A stretch of DNA of 63,901 bases, filler included, from Octopus bimaculoides (GCF_001194135.2; 5 parts of 5 records of this genome joined end to end with filler, not necessarily neighbours in it), one strand, 5' to 3'; numbered from the whole stretch's first letter, positions 11,397-21,329 are shown. Notes: generated by a model from the letters alone, not told the origin. Translations and numbers: made by a program.

Positions 11397-11830
11397 GTAG
11401 ATTTGGTCCAAATGCATGAAAGTGAGGGAATTCTCAGTAAAGTCACCCAAGAACCATTCTATTAATTATTTTGGTAGAAAACAAGAGAAATCTCAGTCAT
11501 GACATCTCTAATTAGAAACACATCAGAATGAACAGGTGACTTAGATGAAACTGCACCTTGTTACCTAATGTGATGCCACAGGTAGGCTAATGATATCGTT
11601 TACCTTATTTCTTAAATGAATTCTTAAGTCTTTAGAAAAACCTTCATAGATGACAGAATGTTGAAGGTTTTTGCAGGTTTATTTTTAATCCTTTAACAGA
11701 TTATTCAATCAAATGCAATGGATATTTATCCATATTGTCCTGAATTAATCATGCATTATCTTGTAGATTTAAGGTTTTGATTATGTGATTGTCTACTGAT
11801 GAAACCCAAACTGCTGGTCATGTCTACCTC
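11397..11830 (-). repeat. Segment W (older internal duplicate of the intron upstream of the MLR exon), unit A
   Basis: Matches 18199-18610; shares 'ttcttgggtg..tcactttcatgcatttggaccaaatc' and 'gaccagcagtttgggtttcatc' with 6660-6830 and 15945-16120; contains a partial piggyBac-like MITE at ~11686-11795. Confidence 0.7.
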
Positions 11831-12022
11831 CATATGAGTGCAAATGAGGACTTGTAGATTAGATGTTACTACTATTACTACCACTGCTGCTCCTACTACT
11901 ACTACTACCAGCACCACCACCACCACTACGAGAAAGAGAAGACCACAACAACCACCAGCATTACTACCACCATTACATTTACCACAGGACTACTGCAGTG
12001 TCAACTGACATTGTTGCAAGTG

Positions 12023-12125
12023 TCACCTGTAGTTAGGTTGCTGTCCAATTTTAGACAACATGAAGAGATTATCAGCTAAATTAATCCCAACACTGACATG
12101 AACTGAGGTAGAGGAAGGGCAAACG
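12023..12125 (-). CDS. Putative terminal exon X, copy B
   Basis: ctgtttattcag|c GTT TGC...: VCPSSTSVHVSVGINLADNLFMLSKIGQQPNYR*(TGA). Confidence 0.6.
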
Positions 12126-12479
12126 CTGAATAAACAGAAAAAAAATAACCAACAGCACTGGATTTGATCCTATGACTTAAGAGAATATAAAATATTTTAT
12201 TCCCACAACCATAGAATTTCTGCAGGTGTATATACTTTGGCAGTTTATAATTAAATAATACCAGATTTAGTAACAAATTAGTTACTTTTAGCTCTGTTTT
12301 AATTGTTTAGCCCTAGGTCAGTCCTCCTCCAGTAGACCTATTATCCCAGAAGAACGTTTCTTATGACTAAACCCAAAAAGGACACTTTTGTAGGACCTCC
12401 ATCACTGGTAGGAAAAGGTGAGGATGAAACCATCACTTGTTTGGTATCATCAGACCATTTATCTCAAGTGAATGCTTAC

Positions 12480-12495
12480 TACAGGAGGAATTCCA
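12480..12495 (-). CDS. Putative 16-nt micro-exon, copy B (GIPPV)
   Basis: gcgttcag|TGGAATTCCTCCTGTA|gtaagc. Confidence 0.5.
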
Positions 12496-13636
12496 CTGAA
12501 CGCATCAAAGGTANNNNNNNNNNNNNNNNNNNNNNNNNNNNNNNNNNNNNNNNNNNNNNNNNNNNNNNNNNNNNNNNNNNNNNNNNNNNNNNNNNNNNNN
12601 NNNNNNNNNNNNNNNNNNNNNNNNNNNNNNNNNNNNNNNNNNNNNNNNNNNNNNNNNNNNNNNNNNNNNNNNNNNNNNNNNNNNNNNNNNNNNNNNNNNN
12701 NNNNNNNNNNNNNNNNNNNNNNNNNNNNNNNNNNNNNNNNNNNNNNNNNNNNNNNNNNNNNNNNNNNNNNNNNNNNNNNNNNNNNNNNNNNNNNNNNNNN
12801 NNNNNNNNNNNNNNNNNNNNNNNNNNNNNNNNNNNNNNNNNNNNNNNNNNNNNNNNNNNNNNNNNNNNNNNNNNNNNNNNNNNNNNNNNNNNNNNNNNNN
12901 NNNNNNNNNNNNNNNNNNNNNNNNNNNNNNNNNNNNNNNNNNNNNNNNNNNNNNNNNNNNNNNNNNNNNNNNNNNNNNNNNNNNNNNNNNNNNNNNNNNN
13001 NNNNNNNNNNNNNNNNNNNNNNNNNNNNNNNNNNNNNNNNNNNNNNNNNNNNNNNNNNNNNNNNNNNNNNNNNNNNNNNNNNNNNNNNNNNNNNNNNNNN
13101 NNNNNNNNNNNNNNNNNNNNNNNNNNNNNNNNNNNNNNNNNNNNNNNNNNNNNNNNNNNNNNNNNNNNNNNNNNNNNNNNNNNNNNNNNNNNNNNNNNNN
13201 NNNNNNNNNNNNNNNNNNNNNNNNNNNNNNNNNNNNNNNNNNNNNNNNNNNNNNNNNNNNNNNNNNNTTCTTGTGAATAAAATTTGGTAGGTGGAAACTG
13301 TGTAGAAGACCAGCTGTTGCATGTACATTGAAGCCTCCCTCTGTCTACAGCACAATGTTATCTAAGGAAAAGACAAAGGCCAATACAGTTTCACAGTATG
13401 GCTGTGAGAAGGGAAAGGGCAGGATGAGATATCACAAGGCATCCAATCAAGTGTTTTAACAATCCTAGACTGCTATTATTATTATTACCAAATTCAAAAA
13501 GGGAAAGGTACAATTAACTGCATTGATATTTGAACTCAGAATGTAGACAACCAAGACAAATACTGCAAAGCCTTCCACTCGATGCTCTAATCACTCTGCC
13601 AACATACTGGACTGTAAATAAATCATATCAACTAAC

Positions 13637-13670
13637 CTTAGTTTCTACGAAGTGTTTCGCTGCAACTCTT
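13637..13670 (-). CDS. 34-nt exon Y1, copy B (RVAAKHFVETK)
   Basis: tttcttttgcag|A AGA GTT GCA GCG AAA CAC TTC GTA GAA ACT AAG|gttagt. Confidence 0.7.
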
Positions 13671-14447
13671 CTGCAAAAGAAACAAACATATTTTCATCAC
13701 ATCATCACAATCATCATCATTATTTCTACATCAATGCTCAAACGGAACCATTACAGAACTGTTATTTTGTGTTTGTACATTTTATTATTTTAATCTAAAT
13801 CTACAATACATTTGAACAGGTTCAATCTCTGATTATCACCAGGCATCATATTTGTGGATGTCTGTAGAGTATCAAACTGGAATGTATTTAGTGTACTAAG
13901 ATTTCTCTGTCAGCAAAAGCAGCCATGGTGAGTGAACGTCAGTTTTAGGTATGTTTTAACTGGCTTTTTAACAAGAGCATGACTCTTGCTAATAGGTAAA
14001 GCATCTTGGTTTTCCAAAAGGAACAAATGAATAAATGATATCACAAAGTATTATAAATGCTTCAAATTTTCATTAATTAAGCTTGAAACTCATCTTCGTT
14101 CATTCAAATTAAGCTTCTATAAATTACTCTAGAGAAAGACTTTTGTCATTGAATAACAAGCGATTCTTCCTTATCTCCATTCTATACTGCACACTGGCCA
14201 GTCCTTGGTCAGTTTTGGTAGCATCTCAGGCATTTTCAGAAGAGGTTGCAAGCCCTTTGATTTAACCCTTCCCCAATTATAGAGACAGAGACACTGTGAA
14301 TGTGTCCTAAGATATTTTACACAGTATAATGGCACTAATGCAAAGAAAGTAAGAAAGTTCAATTCATTTCTTTTGTTCTTGACTAAAGTTCATTATTTCA
14401 ATGTGAACTGGAGAAAGAAATGATTCTGAATTGAAAATCCCACCCCC

Positions 14448-14510
14448 TTATTCTGTTTCTCCCCTGTCTCTGTTCTTTGTGGGTGTATGGAATAGGCTTG
14501 AGCCTTTTGT
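14448..14510 (-). CDS. Putative terminal exon, copy B (TKGSSLFHTPTKNRDRGETE*)
   Basis: First AG 61 nt after the 13-nt micro-exon donor; open in phase 0 to TAA; no GT before the stop. Confidence 0.4.
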   Translation of the reverse strand, partial: TKGSSLFHTPTKNRDRGETE

Positions 14511-14571
14511 CTTGCAGTTAAGTACATACAAACAAAAATAGTGTATTAAAAGTTGCATAACCAGGACTTAC

Positions 14572-14584
14572 TGAAGTTGAAATA
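14572..14584 (-). CDS. 13-nt micro-exon, copy B (xISTS)
   Basis: atgttcag|TATTTCAACTTCA|gtaagt. Confidence 0.65.
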
Positions 14585-14748
14585 CTGAACATATAGATTC
14601 CATGTTGTCTCATATCAACAATGTCATGGCTTCTCTTACTATTTCTTACATTTATATTTCCTTACATCGTTATCATATTTATACAACACAATCTCCTCAT
14701 AATTAAATATAAAAGTAAATTTAAGCAGAATGCTATAAAATTACTTAC

Positions 14749-14813
14749 CTGACATCTTCGCCATCAAAATCTTTGGAATAGTAATCAATTTCCTTTTTGA
14801 ACTCTATATATTC
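14749..14813 (-). CDS. 65-nt exon, copy B (EYIEFKKEIDYYSKDFDGEDV)
   Basis: acttttctag|GAA TAT ATA GAG TTC AAA AAG...GTC AG|gtaagt; phase 0->2. Confidence 0.75.
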
Positions 14814-14927
14814 CTAGAAAAGTTTACAATAAAAGCATTTGTTGTAACTTTATAATAAAAGCAATGGTTTGACATTAATAATTCTATTTTGGACTGGTTT
14901 TGACTCTTCAATGAAATAAAACATTAC

Positions 14928-14943
14928 CTGACTCACAGAAACA
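14928..14943 (-). CDS. 16-nt micro-exon, copy B (xVSVSQ)
   Basis: ctttttttctgtttaag|TGTTTCTGTGAGTCAG|gtaatg. Confidence 0.6.
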
Positions 14944-15189
14944 CTTAAACAGAAAAAAAGCTAATCCTTTTCTCTATACATTCTAACTTCCAGGAAAGAG
15001 CTGAAATCATTGACTGATGGGGGATATTGCCTAACTTGAGAAGTGATGCAGTAAAGGGACATAACATAATACTACAAGGCATTTAATCTTGCACTGTCAA
15101 CTGATTTTGATATTCCTTTCTTAAAAAAAGATTTTATGCAGTCACTAAAAGATAGCAGCAAATATCTCCCTGAAACCTTGCAGAAAAAA

Positions 15190-15560
15190 GGCATGGCTAT
15201 GTGGTAAGAAGTCTGTTTACCAACCACATAGTTAAAGGTTCAGTCCCACAACATGTAACCACAGGCAAGTGTTTTCTACTATAACTTTGGGCTGACCAAA
15301 GTCTTGAAAGTGGATTTGGTTACAGAGACCGAAAGAAGCCTGCCACACATGTGTGTGTGTGCATCTTTGTTTATCCAGAACTACTGCTTGACAACCAGTG
15401 CTGGTGTGTTGATGCCCCGATAACCTAGCAGTCCACCAAAAATGATCAACAGAATAAGTACCAATCTTAAAAACAATAGGTACAAGGGTTGATACATTCC
15501 ACTAAAAATTATGAAAAGTGGTACCCCAGCATGGCCACAGTTTAGTGACTGAAACAAGAT
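15190..15560 (+). mobile_element. tRNA-derived SINE family S2 (CpG-decayed), copy B only
   Basis: 'ggctatgtggtaagaa...accaaccacat..ggttcagtccc' head and 'ccccagcatggccacagtttagtgactgaaacaag' tail. Confidence 0.75.
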
Positions 15561-15818
15561 GAAAGGTGAAAGATATATTGTATATTGCTGTATCAAGATA
15601 CACAGTGAGTCCATTAGCTTCTATTCCAAAGGAAGAATGGGTACTTCTCCTACCAGCCACAAACTTTACCTCTGCCTATCAGCAAAAATTGTTGTATGTT
15701 GTGTTATTAGACGTGAAAAGATGGAAAGCTATGTTGACCTCAGCACAATTTTGAATACAGAAATTAAAGAAAAGTGTTATGCTGTCATTTGATTGCTCAG
15801 CTAAATCTTCATCAACTA

Positions 15819-15923
15819 TCATCTGTAAAATGTCTTAAGCGAGTTTGTTAGAAGAGGCAGGTAAGTTTCATTGATATTTTGGTAGCGCTGTCTCAGACTT
15901 GTAAGAATTTCCAACCTCAACAT
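15819..15923 (-). CDS. Putative exon 'MLR', copy B
   Basis: Same acceptor as copy A. Phase 0 gives MLRLEILTSLRQRYQNINETYLPLLTNSLKTFYR* (12-nt in-frame indel versus A); phase 1 gives DVEVGNSYKSETALPKYQ*. Confidence 0.45.
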   Translation of the reverse strand: MLRLEILTSLRQRYQNINETYLPLLTNSLKTFYR

Positions 15924-16583
15924 CTGAAGGAAAAAACAAATGGATGGAGAGGAAACTGTTGATTTGGTCCAAATGCATGAAGGTGAGAGAACTGATGCTA
16001 AAGGCACCCAAGAAGCAGATGGTGGTGTTAAACTGGGTGGCATGTAAACCCTACCCTGTACCCAGTTTCCTGATAAAGCAAAGGAGTTTGATGAAAACTA
16101 AACAGCTGGTCATCTTATGTCCATATGAATGAAAATAACGACCTGTAGATTGGAAATCATCATCATCATAGTTTTAACATCCACATTTTATAGCTTTCGT
16201 GGGTTTGGCAGAATTCATTCATGTAGATGTTTTTTACAGTGTAAGGATTTAATGTGTTTCTTTGGTTTTTAGACTCCCAGGGAAAGACAATTGGAGCTAA
16301 ACAACAATAACTGTAATAGTAACAACAATAACCACAAAAGTCAAAGTCAATGCTGCTGCTGCTACTACTGGTCCCAATGCTGCTACTGTTACCTCCACGC
16401 TGTTTACATGCATTTTAAAAAAGGAATACTCTCAACAATTCACCTTCAGAAGCAAAGAAAAATCGTAAATCTCAAGATGACTGTTAAGGGCTCTGGCTGG
16501 ATGAGATAAAAGGATGAGGGATACCAAGCCTGTGGTTAGGATGCTTGTCTGTTTCAACTCACATTAACAGAGCATCTACTAAC

Positions 16584-16596
16584 TTATTTCCAACAG
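16584..16596 (-). CDS. Candidate 13-nt micro-exon, copy B (LLEI)
   Basis: tgtgtag|CTGTTGGAAATAA|gttagt. Confidence 0.35.
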
Positions 16597-16651
16597 CTAC
16601 ACAAACTCAATATGCTGTCTCATACAAAATAAATAAATAATAAGAACTAAC

Positions 16652-16685
16652 CTGTGTATATCCACAATGTTTTCTTGCTAGATTT
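16652..16685 (-). CDS. 34-nt exon, copy B (NLARKHCGYTQ)
   Basis: ctttcttttgcag|...ACA CAG|gttagt; stays 34 nt despite compensating changes versus copy A at its 3' end. Confidence 0.65.
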
Positions 16686-18198
16686 CTGCAAAAGAAAGAA
16701 AGGGACACAGATCATCATCATGATCTTCATCATTTTTATGTCTTGAGGCAAAGATAAACATCATAAGAATGTAACTTTAGTATAATTTCAGGAGAGGGCT
16801 AAGTCAATTACATTGCCCCCACTGCTCAGTTTTTACTTATTCTATCAAATGTGAAAGGATGAAAGGCAAAGTCAACCTGGGCTGAAATTTGAACTCACAA
16901 TGTAAAGATGAACGAAATGCCACTAAGCATTATGCCTGTTGGGCTAACAACTCTGCTAGGTCACTACTTTATAAATATACATATATATATAAATTACCGT
17001 GAATTTTTTTAGAGACACTTTCAAAATTATCAGAATATTGGACTGAAGATTTGGAATAGAGAAATTTTCATTCTCTTAACCATGAAACGATCGTATCCAA
17101 TTAACTAAAGACTTGTTTTGTTTATGCTTTTCCCTCCGGTTTTTTGTTCTATGTGTGCCATAAATATCGCCATCCGTTTAGAGAAAAATTTGTAGTTTAG
17201 AATCAGTAGTTCTTTGACTGCTATTTCTAAATTTTCAGTATGTTGGAGAAGCAACTCAATGCTAATCCCTGTATATTTATGATTATATATATATATATNN
17301 NNNNNNNNNNNNNNNNNNNNNNNNNNNNNNNNNNNNNNNNNNNNNNNNNNNNNNNNNNNNNNNNNNNNNNNNNNNNNNNNNNNNNNNNNNNNNNNNNNNN
17401 NNNNNNNNNNNNNNNNNNNNNNNNNNNNNNNNNNNNNNNNNNNNNNNNNNNNNNNNNNNNNNNNNNNNNNNNNNNNNNNNNNNNNNNNNNNNNNNNNNNN
17501 NNNNNNNNNNNNNNNNNNNNNNNNNNNNNNNNNNNNNNNNNNNNNNNNNNNNNNNNNNNNNNNNNNNNNNNNNNNNNNNNNNNNNNNNNNNNNNNNNNNN
17601 NNNNNNNNNNNNNNNNNNNNNNNNNNNNNNNNNNNNNNNNNNNNNNNNNNNNNNNNNNNNNNNNNNNNNNNNNNNNNNNNNNNNNNNNNNNNNNNNNNNN
17701 NNNNNNNNNNNNNNNNNNNNNNNNNNNNNNNNNNNNNNNNNNNNNNNNNNNNNNNNNNNNNNNNNNNNNNNNNNNNNNNNNNNNNNNNNNNNNNNNNNNN
17801 NNNNNNNNNNNNNNNNNNNNNNNNNNNNNNNNNNNNNNNNNNNNNNNNNNNNNNNNNNNNNNNNNNNNNNNNNNNNNNNNNNNNNNNNNNNNNNNNNNNN
17901 NNNNNNNNNNNNNNNNNNNNNNNNNNNNNNNNNNNNNNNNNNNNNNNNNNNNNNNNNNNNNNNNNNNNNNNNNNNNNNNNNNNNNNNNNNNNNNNNNNNN
18001 NNNNNNNNNNNNNNNNNNNNNNNNNNNNNNNNNNNNNNNNNNNNNNNNNNNNNNNNNNNNNNNNNNNNNNNNNNNNNNNNNNNNNNNNNNNNNNNNNNNN
18101 NNNNNNNNNNNNNNNNNNNNNNNNNNNNNNNNNNNNNNNNNNNNNNNNNNNNNNNNNNNNNNNNNNNNNNNNNNNNNNNNNNNNNNNNNNNNNNNNNG

Positions 18199-18610
18199 CA
18201 TGAAAGTGAGGGAATTCTCAGTAAAGTCACCCAAGAACCAATCTTTTAAATTATTCTGGTAGAAAACAAGAGAAATTTCATTCATGGCATCTCTAGTTAG
18301 AAACACATCAGAATGAACAGGTGACTTAGATGAAACTGCACCTTGTTACCTAATGTGATGCCACAGATAGGCTAATGATATTGTTTACCTTATTTCTTAA
18401 ATGAATTATAAGTCTTTAGAAAAACCTTCAGAGATGACAGAATGTTGAAGGTTTTTGCAGGTTTATTTTTAACCCTTTAACAGATTATTCAGTCAAATGC
18501 AATGCATATTTATCCATATTGTCCTGAATTAATCATGCATTATCTTGTAGATTTGGGGTTTTGATTATGTGATTGTATATAGATGAAACCCAAACTGCTG
18601 GCCATGTTTA
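18199..18610 (-). repeat. Segment W, unit B
   Basis: Paralog of 11397-11830; strong acceptor-like tttctcttgttttctaccag at ~18257, which is mutated to CAA in unit A. Confidence 0.7.
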
Positions 18611-18752
18611 TCTCCACTACTGCCAAGGCCACCACCACCACAAGAAAGATGACAACGACCCCACAACCACCATTACTACTGCTAGAGATACTGTCACCAC
18701 CACTATAGTTACCACATGTCTACTGCAGTGTCAACTTACACTGTTGCAACTT

Positions 18753-18855
18753 TTATCTGTAGTTAGGTTGCTGCCCAATTTCAGACAGCATTAAGAGATT
18801 ATCTGCTAAATTAATCCCAACACTGACATGAATTGAGGTAGAGGAAGGGTAAATG
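18753..18855 (-). CDS. Putative terminal exon X, copy C
   Basis: gtctatttattcag|c ATT TAC...: IYPSSTSIHVSVGINLADNLLMLSEIGQQPNYR*(TAA); stop at the same codon as copy B. Confidence 0.55.
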
Positions 18856-18974
18856 CTGAATAAATAGACAAAAAAATAACCATCTGCATTAGATTTGATC
18901 CTTTGACCTAAGAGTGTGTAATGCAATAGATTATTTCCAGAACCATCTCATTTCTACAGGAGTATCTACTTTGG

Positions 18975-20132
18975 TTAGGGTAGGGGCCCATCAAGGAACA
19001 GTCTTCAGCCCCCTCTTATTCATCATGGTCTTCCAGGCAATAAGAGAGGAATTCAAGACAGGATGCTCCTGGGAGCACCGTTATGCTGATGACCTTGCTC
19101 TAATAGCTGAGTTACTATCAGAACTAGAGAAGTTTCAGGAGTGGATGCAAGGTATAGAATCAAAGGGCCTTAGAGTGAATCTAGCAAAAACTGAAGTCTC
19201 AGTAAGTAGGAAGGCAGACAAATCAGGTAGATGGCACAGCTCGAACTGTAGAAAAGGCGTAGGTAGAAACTCCATAAGATGTACCCAGTGTAAGCTATGG
19301 ACACATAAGAGGTGCAGTAATATCAAAGGAAGGCTATCTGGGAAGATAGTTTTTGTGTATGGCAGATGCACAGGGGCAATAAACATTGAAAATGTGCAGA
19401 AAACAGCTTCTCTCACATGCTAGGGGGGAAAAACTAGAAGCAATTGGTAGCTTCCGTTAGCTAGGTGACCAAGTCAGTAACAGGGGTGCATTCTCTGAGA
19501 GTATAGCTGCTAGAATAAGAATAGTCTGGACAAAATTCAGAGAGCTCCTACCTCAGCTGGTAACAAAAGGCCTCTCACTCAGAGTGAAGGGTAGACTGTA
19601 TGATGCATGTGTGTGAACAGCCATGCTACATGGAAGTAACACATGGGCTGTGACTGTTGAGGACATGTGTAGGCTTGAAGGAAATGAAACCAGTATGCTC
19701 CGCTGGATGTGTAATGTCAGTGTGCATACACAACAGAGCGTAAGTGCCCTGAGAGATAAGTTGGACATAAGAAGCATCAGATGTGGTGTGCAAGAGAGAG
19801 ATGACTGTGCTGGTATTGTCATGTGTTGTGTATGAATGAGGAGAGCTGAATGAAAAAGTGTCACACCCTAACAGCGGAGGGAATCTGTGGAAGAGGTAGA
19901 CCCAGGAAGACCTGGGATGAAGTGGACAAGCATGACCTTTGAAAATTGGGCCTCATAAAGGCAATGACAAGCAACCAAGACCTTTGGAGATATGCTGTGC
20001 TTGAGAAGACCAAGCAAGCCAAGTGAGACCGTATCTATGGCCTATCCCAGTGCAGCATAACCAGCCCATTTAAGAGTACCCTTCAATCATTGGGCAATAA
20101 ACTGTGCTTGAGAAGACTTGTTAAGTGAAATC
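18975..20132 (+). mobile_element. 5'-truncated RTE-clade LINE with RT core
   Basis: VRVGAHQGTVFSPLLFIMV...YADDLALIAE...GLRVNLAKTEV, then a Cys-rich insert (CTQCKLWTHKRC) and C-terminal MLHGSNTWA...; frameshifts and stops present. Confidence 0.92.
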
Positions 20133-20249
20133 TTTTTTGGTTTTGTCATAAGAAACACTCTCTTGGGATAATAGGTCTGCTGGATCAGGACTGGCCTAGG
20201 GCTAAACAATTACAAGAGAACTGAATTGTTAGTAAATCTGGTATTCCTC

Positions 20250-20526
20250 CTCATCTTCATCATCATTTAACATCCGCTTTCCATGCTGGCATGGGTTGTA
20301 CAGTTTGACTGAAGACTGGTAAGCCAGTATGCTGCATCAGGCTCCAATTTGATCTGGAAAGGTTTCTAAAACTGGTTGCCTTTCCTAATGCCAACCACTC
20401 CGAGAGTGTAGTAGAGTGCTTTTTACGTGCCACCAGCATTAACCACACTCCATTGGTGCCTTTTACATGTCACTGGCATGGATGCCAGTCAGGCAGTACT
20501 GGAATTAGCCATGACAATGATTTCAC
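20250..20526 (-). mobile_element. 3' UTR and tail of the same RTE copy, now inverted
   Basis: Read on the - strand it starts gtgaaatc, where the + body stops, and ends in (GAT)n. Confidence 0.75.
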
Positions 20527-20729
20527 ATACTTGCTAAGTAAACTTTTTAATGCATATCAATGCTTGTGCCTGCTTTGTGGGTGTGAAAGTGGATGGCTGT
20601 ATTTTAAATAGAAGTGGCCGTGGATGGCTGGCAAAGATATTTAATTTGAAGCTATATGGTTCCTGATTCAATCCCAATGCACATCAACTTGGGCAAGTGT
20701 TTTCTACCACAGTAATTGTTTGACCAATT

Positions 20730-20829
20730 NNNNNNNNNNNNNNNNNNNNNNNNNNNNNNNNNNNNNNNNNNNNTTAATTAATTAANNNNNNNNNNNNNNN
20801 NNNNNNNNNNNNNNNNNNNNNNNNNNNNN
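20730..20829. other. Artificial scaffold spacer 44N-TTAATTAATTAA-44N
   Basis: The same 100-bp construct recurs at 46850-46949, 53217-53316 and 58647-58746; the 12-mer has stops in all six frames. Confidence 0.95.
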
Positions 20830-21080
20830 CGTCGTATATATGTATGTATATGTATATATATATATGTGTGTGTATATGTTTGTGTGTCTGTGTTTGTCTC
20901 CCCAACATCGCTTGACAACCGACGTTGGTGTGTTTACGTCCCCGTAACCTAGCGGTTCGGCAAAAGAGACCGATAGAATAAGTACTATGCTTACAATAAG
21001 TCATGGGGTCGATTTGCTCGACTAAAGGCGGTGCTCCAGCATGGCCGCTGTCAAAATGACTGAAACAAGTAAAAGAGTAA
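20830..21080 (+). mobile_element. SINE family S2, 3' half (CpG intact)
   Basis: 'cgcttgacaaccgacgttggtgtgtttacgtcccc...gcggtgctccagcatggccg...gactgaaacaagtaaaagag'. Confidence 0.85.
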
Positions 21081-21329
21081 TTGACTTAGCCCATTTCTCG
21101 AACGTGCTGTCCCTGAGCCAAAATTTGAAACCGATATATCGAGTTGTATTGTAATCGTTGGATCAAAGAATGGTACAGGATCGCATCAAACTAGAATCGA
21201 ATGACGGTGTTTTATATCAGAAGACAAACTTAGAAGAATTAGAAATACATTAATACTAACCCATTTGCCCAGTATCGATTACTGTCTTTCCTGGAATAAC
21301 TGCAATAATGGTTTGAAATTTTGTCACAA

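Noticed and set aside
15665-15820. Possible longer exon MIVDEDL...FCIQN.AEV (and 5950-6110 in A)
   Set aside because: Each copy has a different 1-nt frameshift and A lost the acceptor to a LINE insertion; no consistent frame or splice pair.
7012-16509. Paralogous plus-strand ORFs MELNNNNCNSNNNNH... (7012-7200, 16291-16509)
   Set aside because: They start at TTG, consist largely of triplet repeats and a common repeat tail, and lie in predicted introns of the minus-strand cassette.
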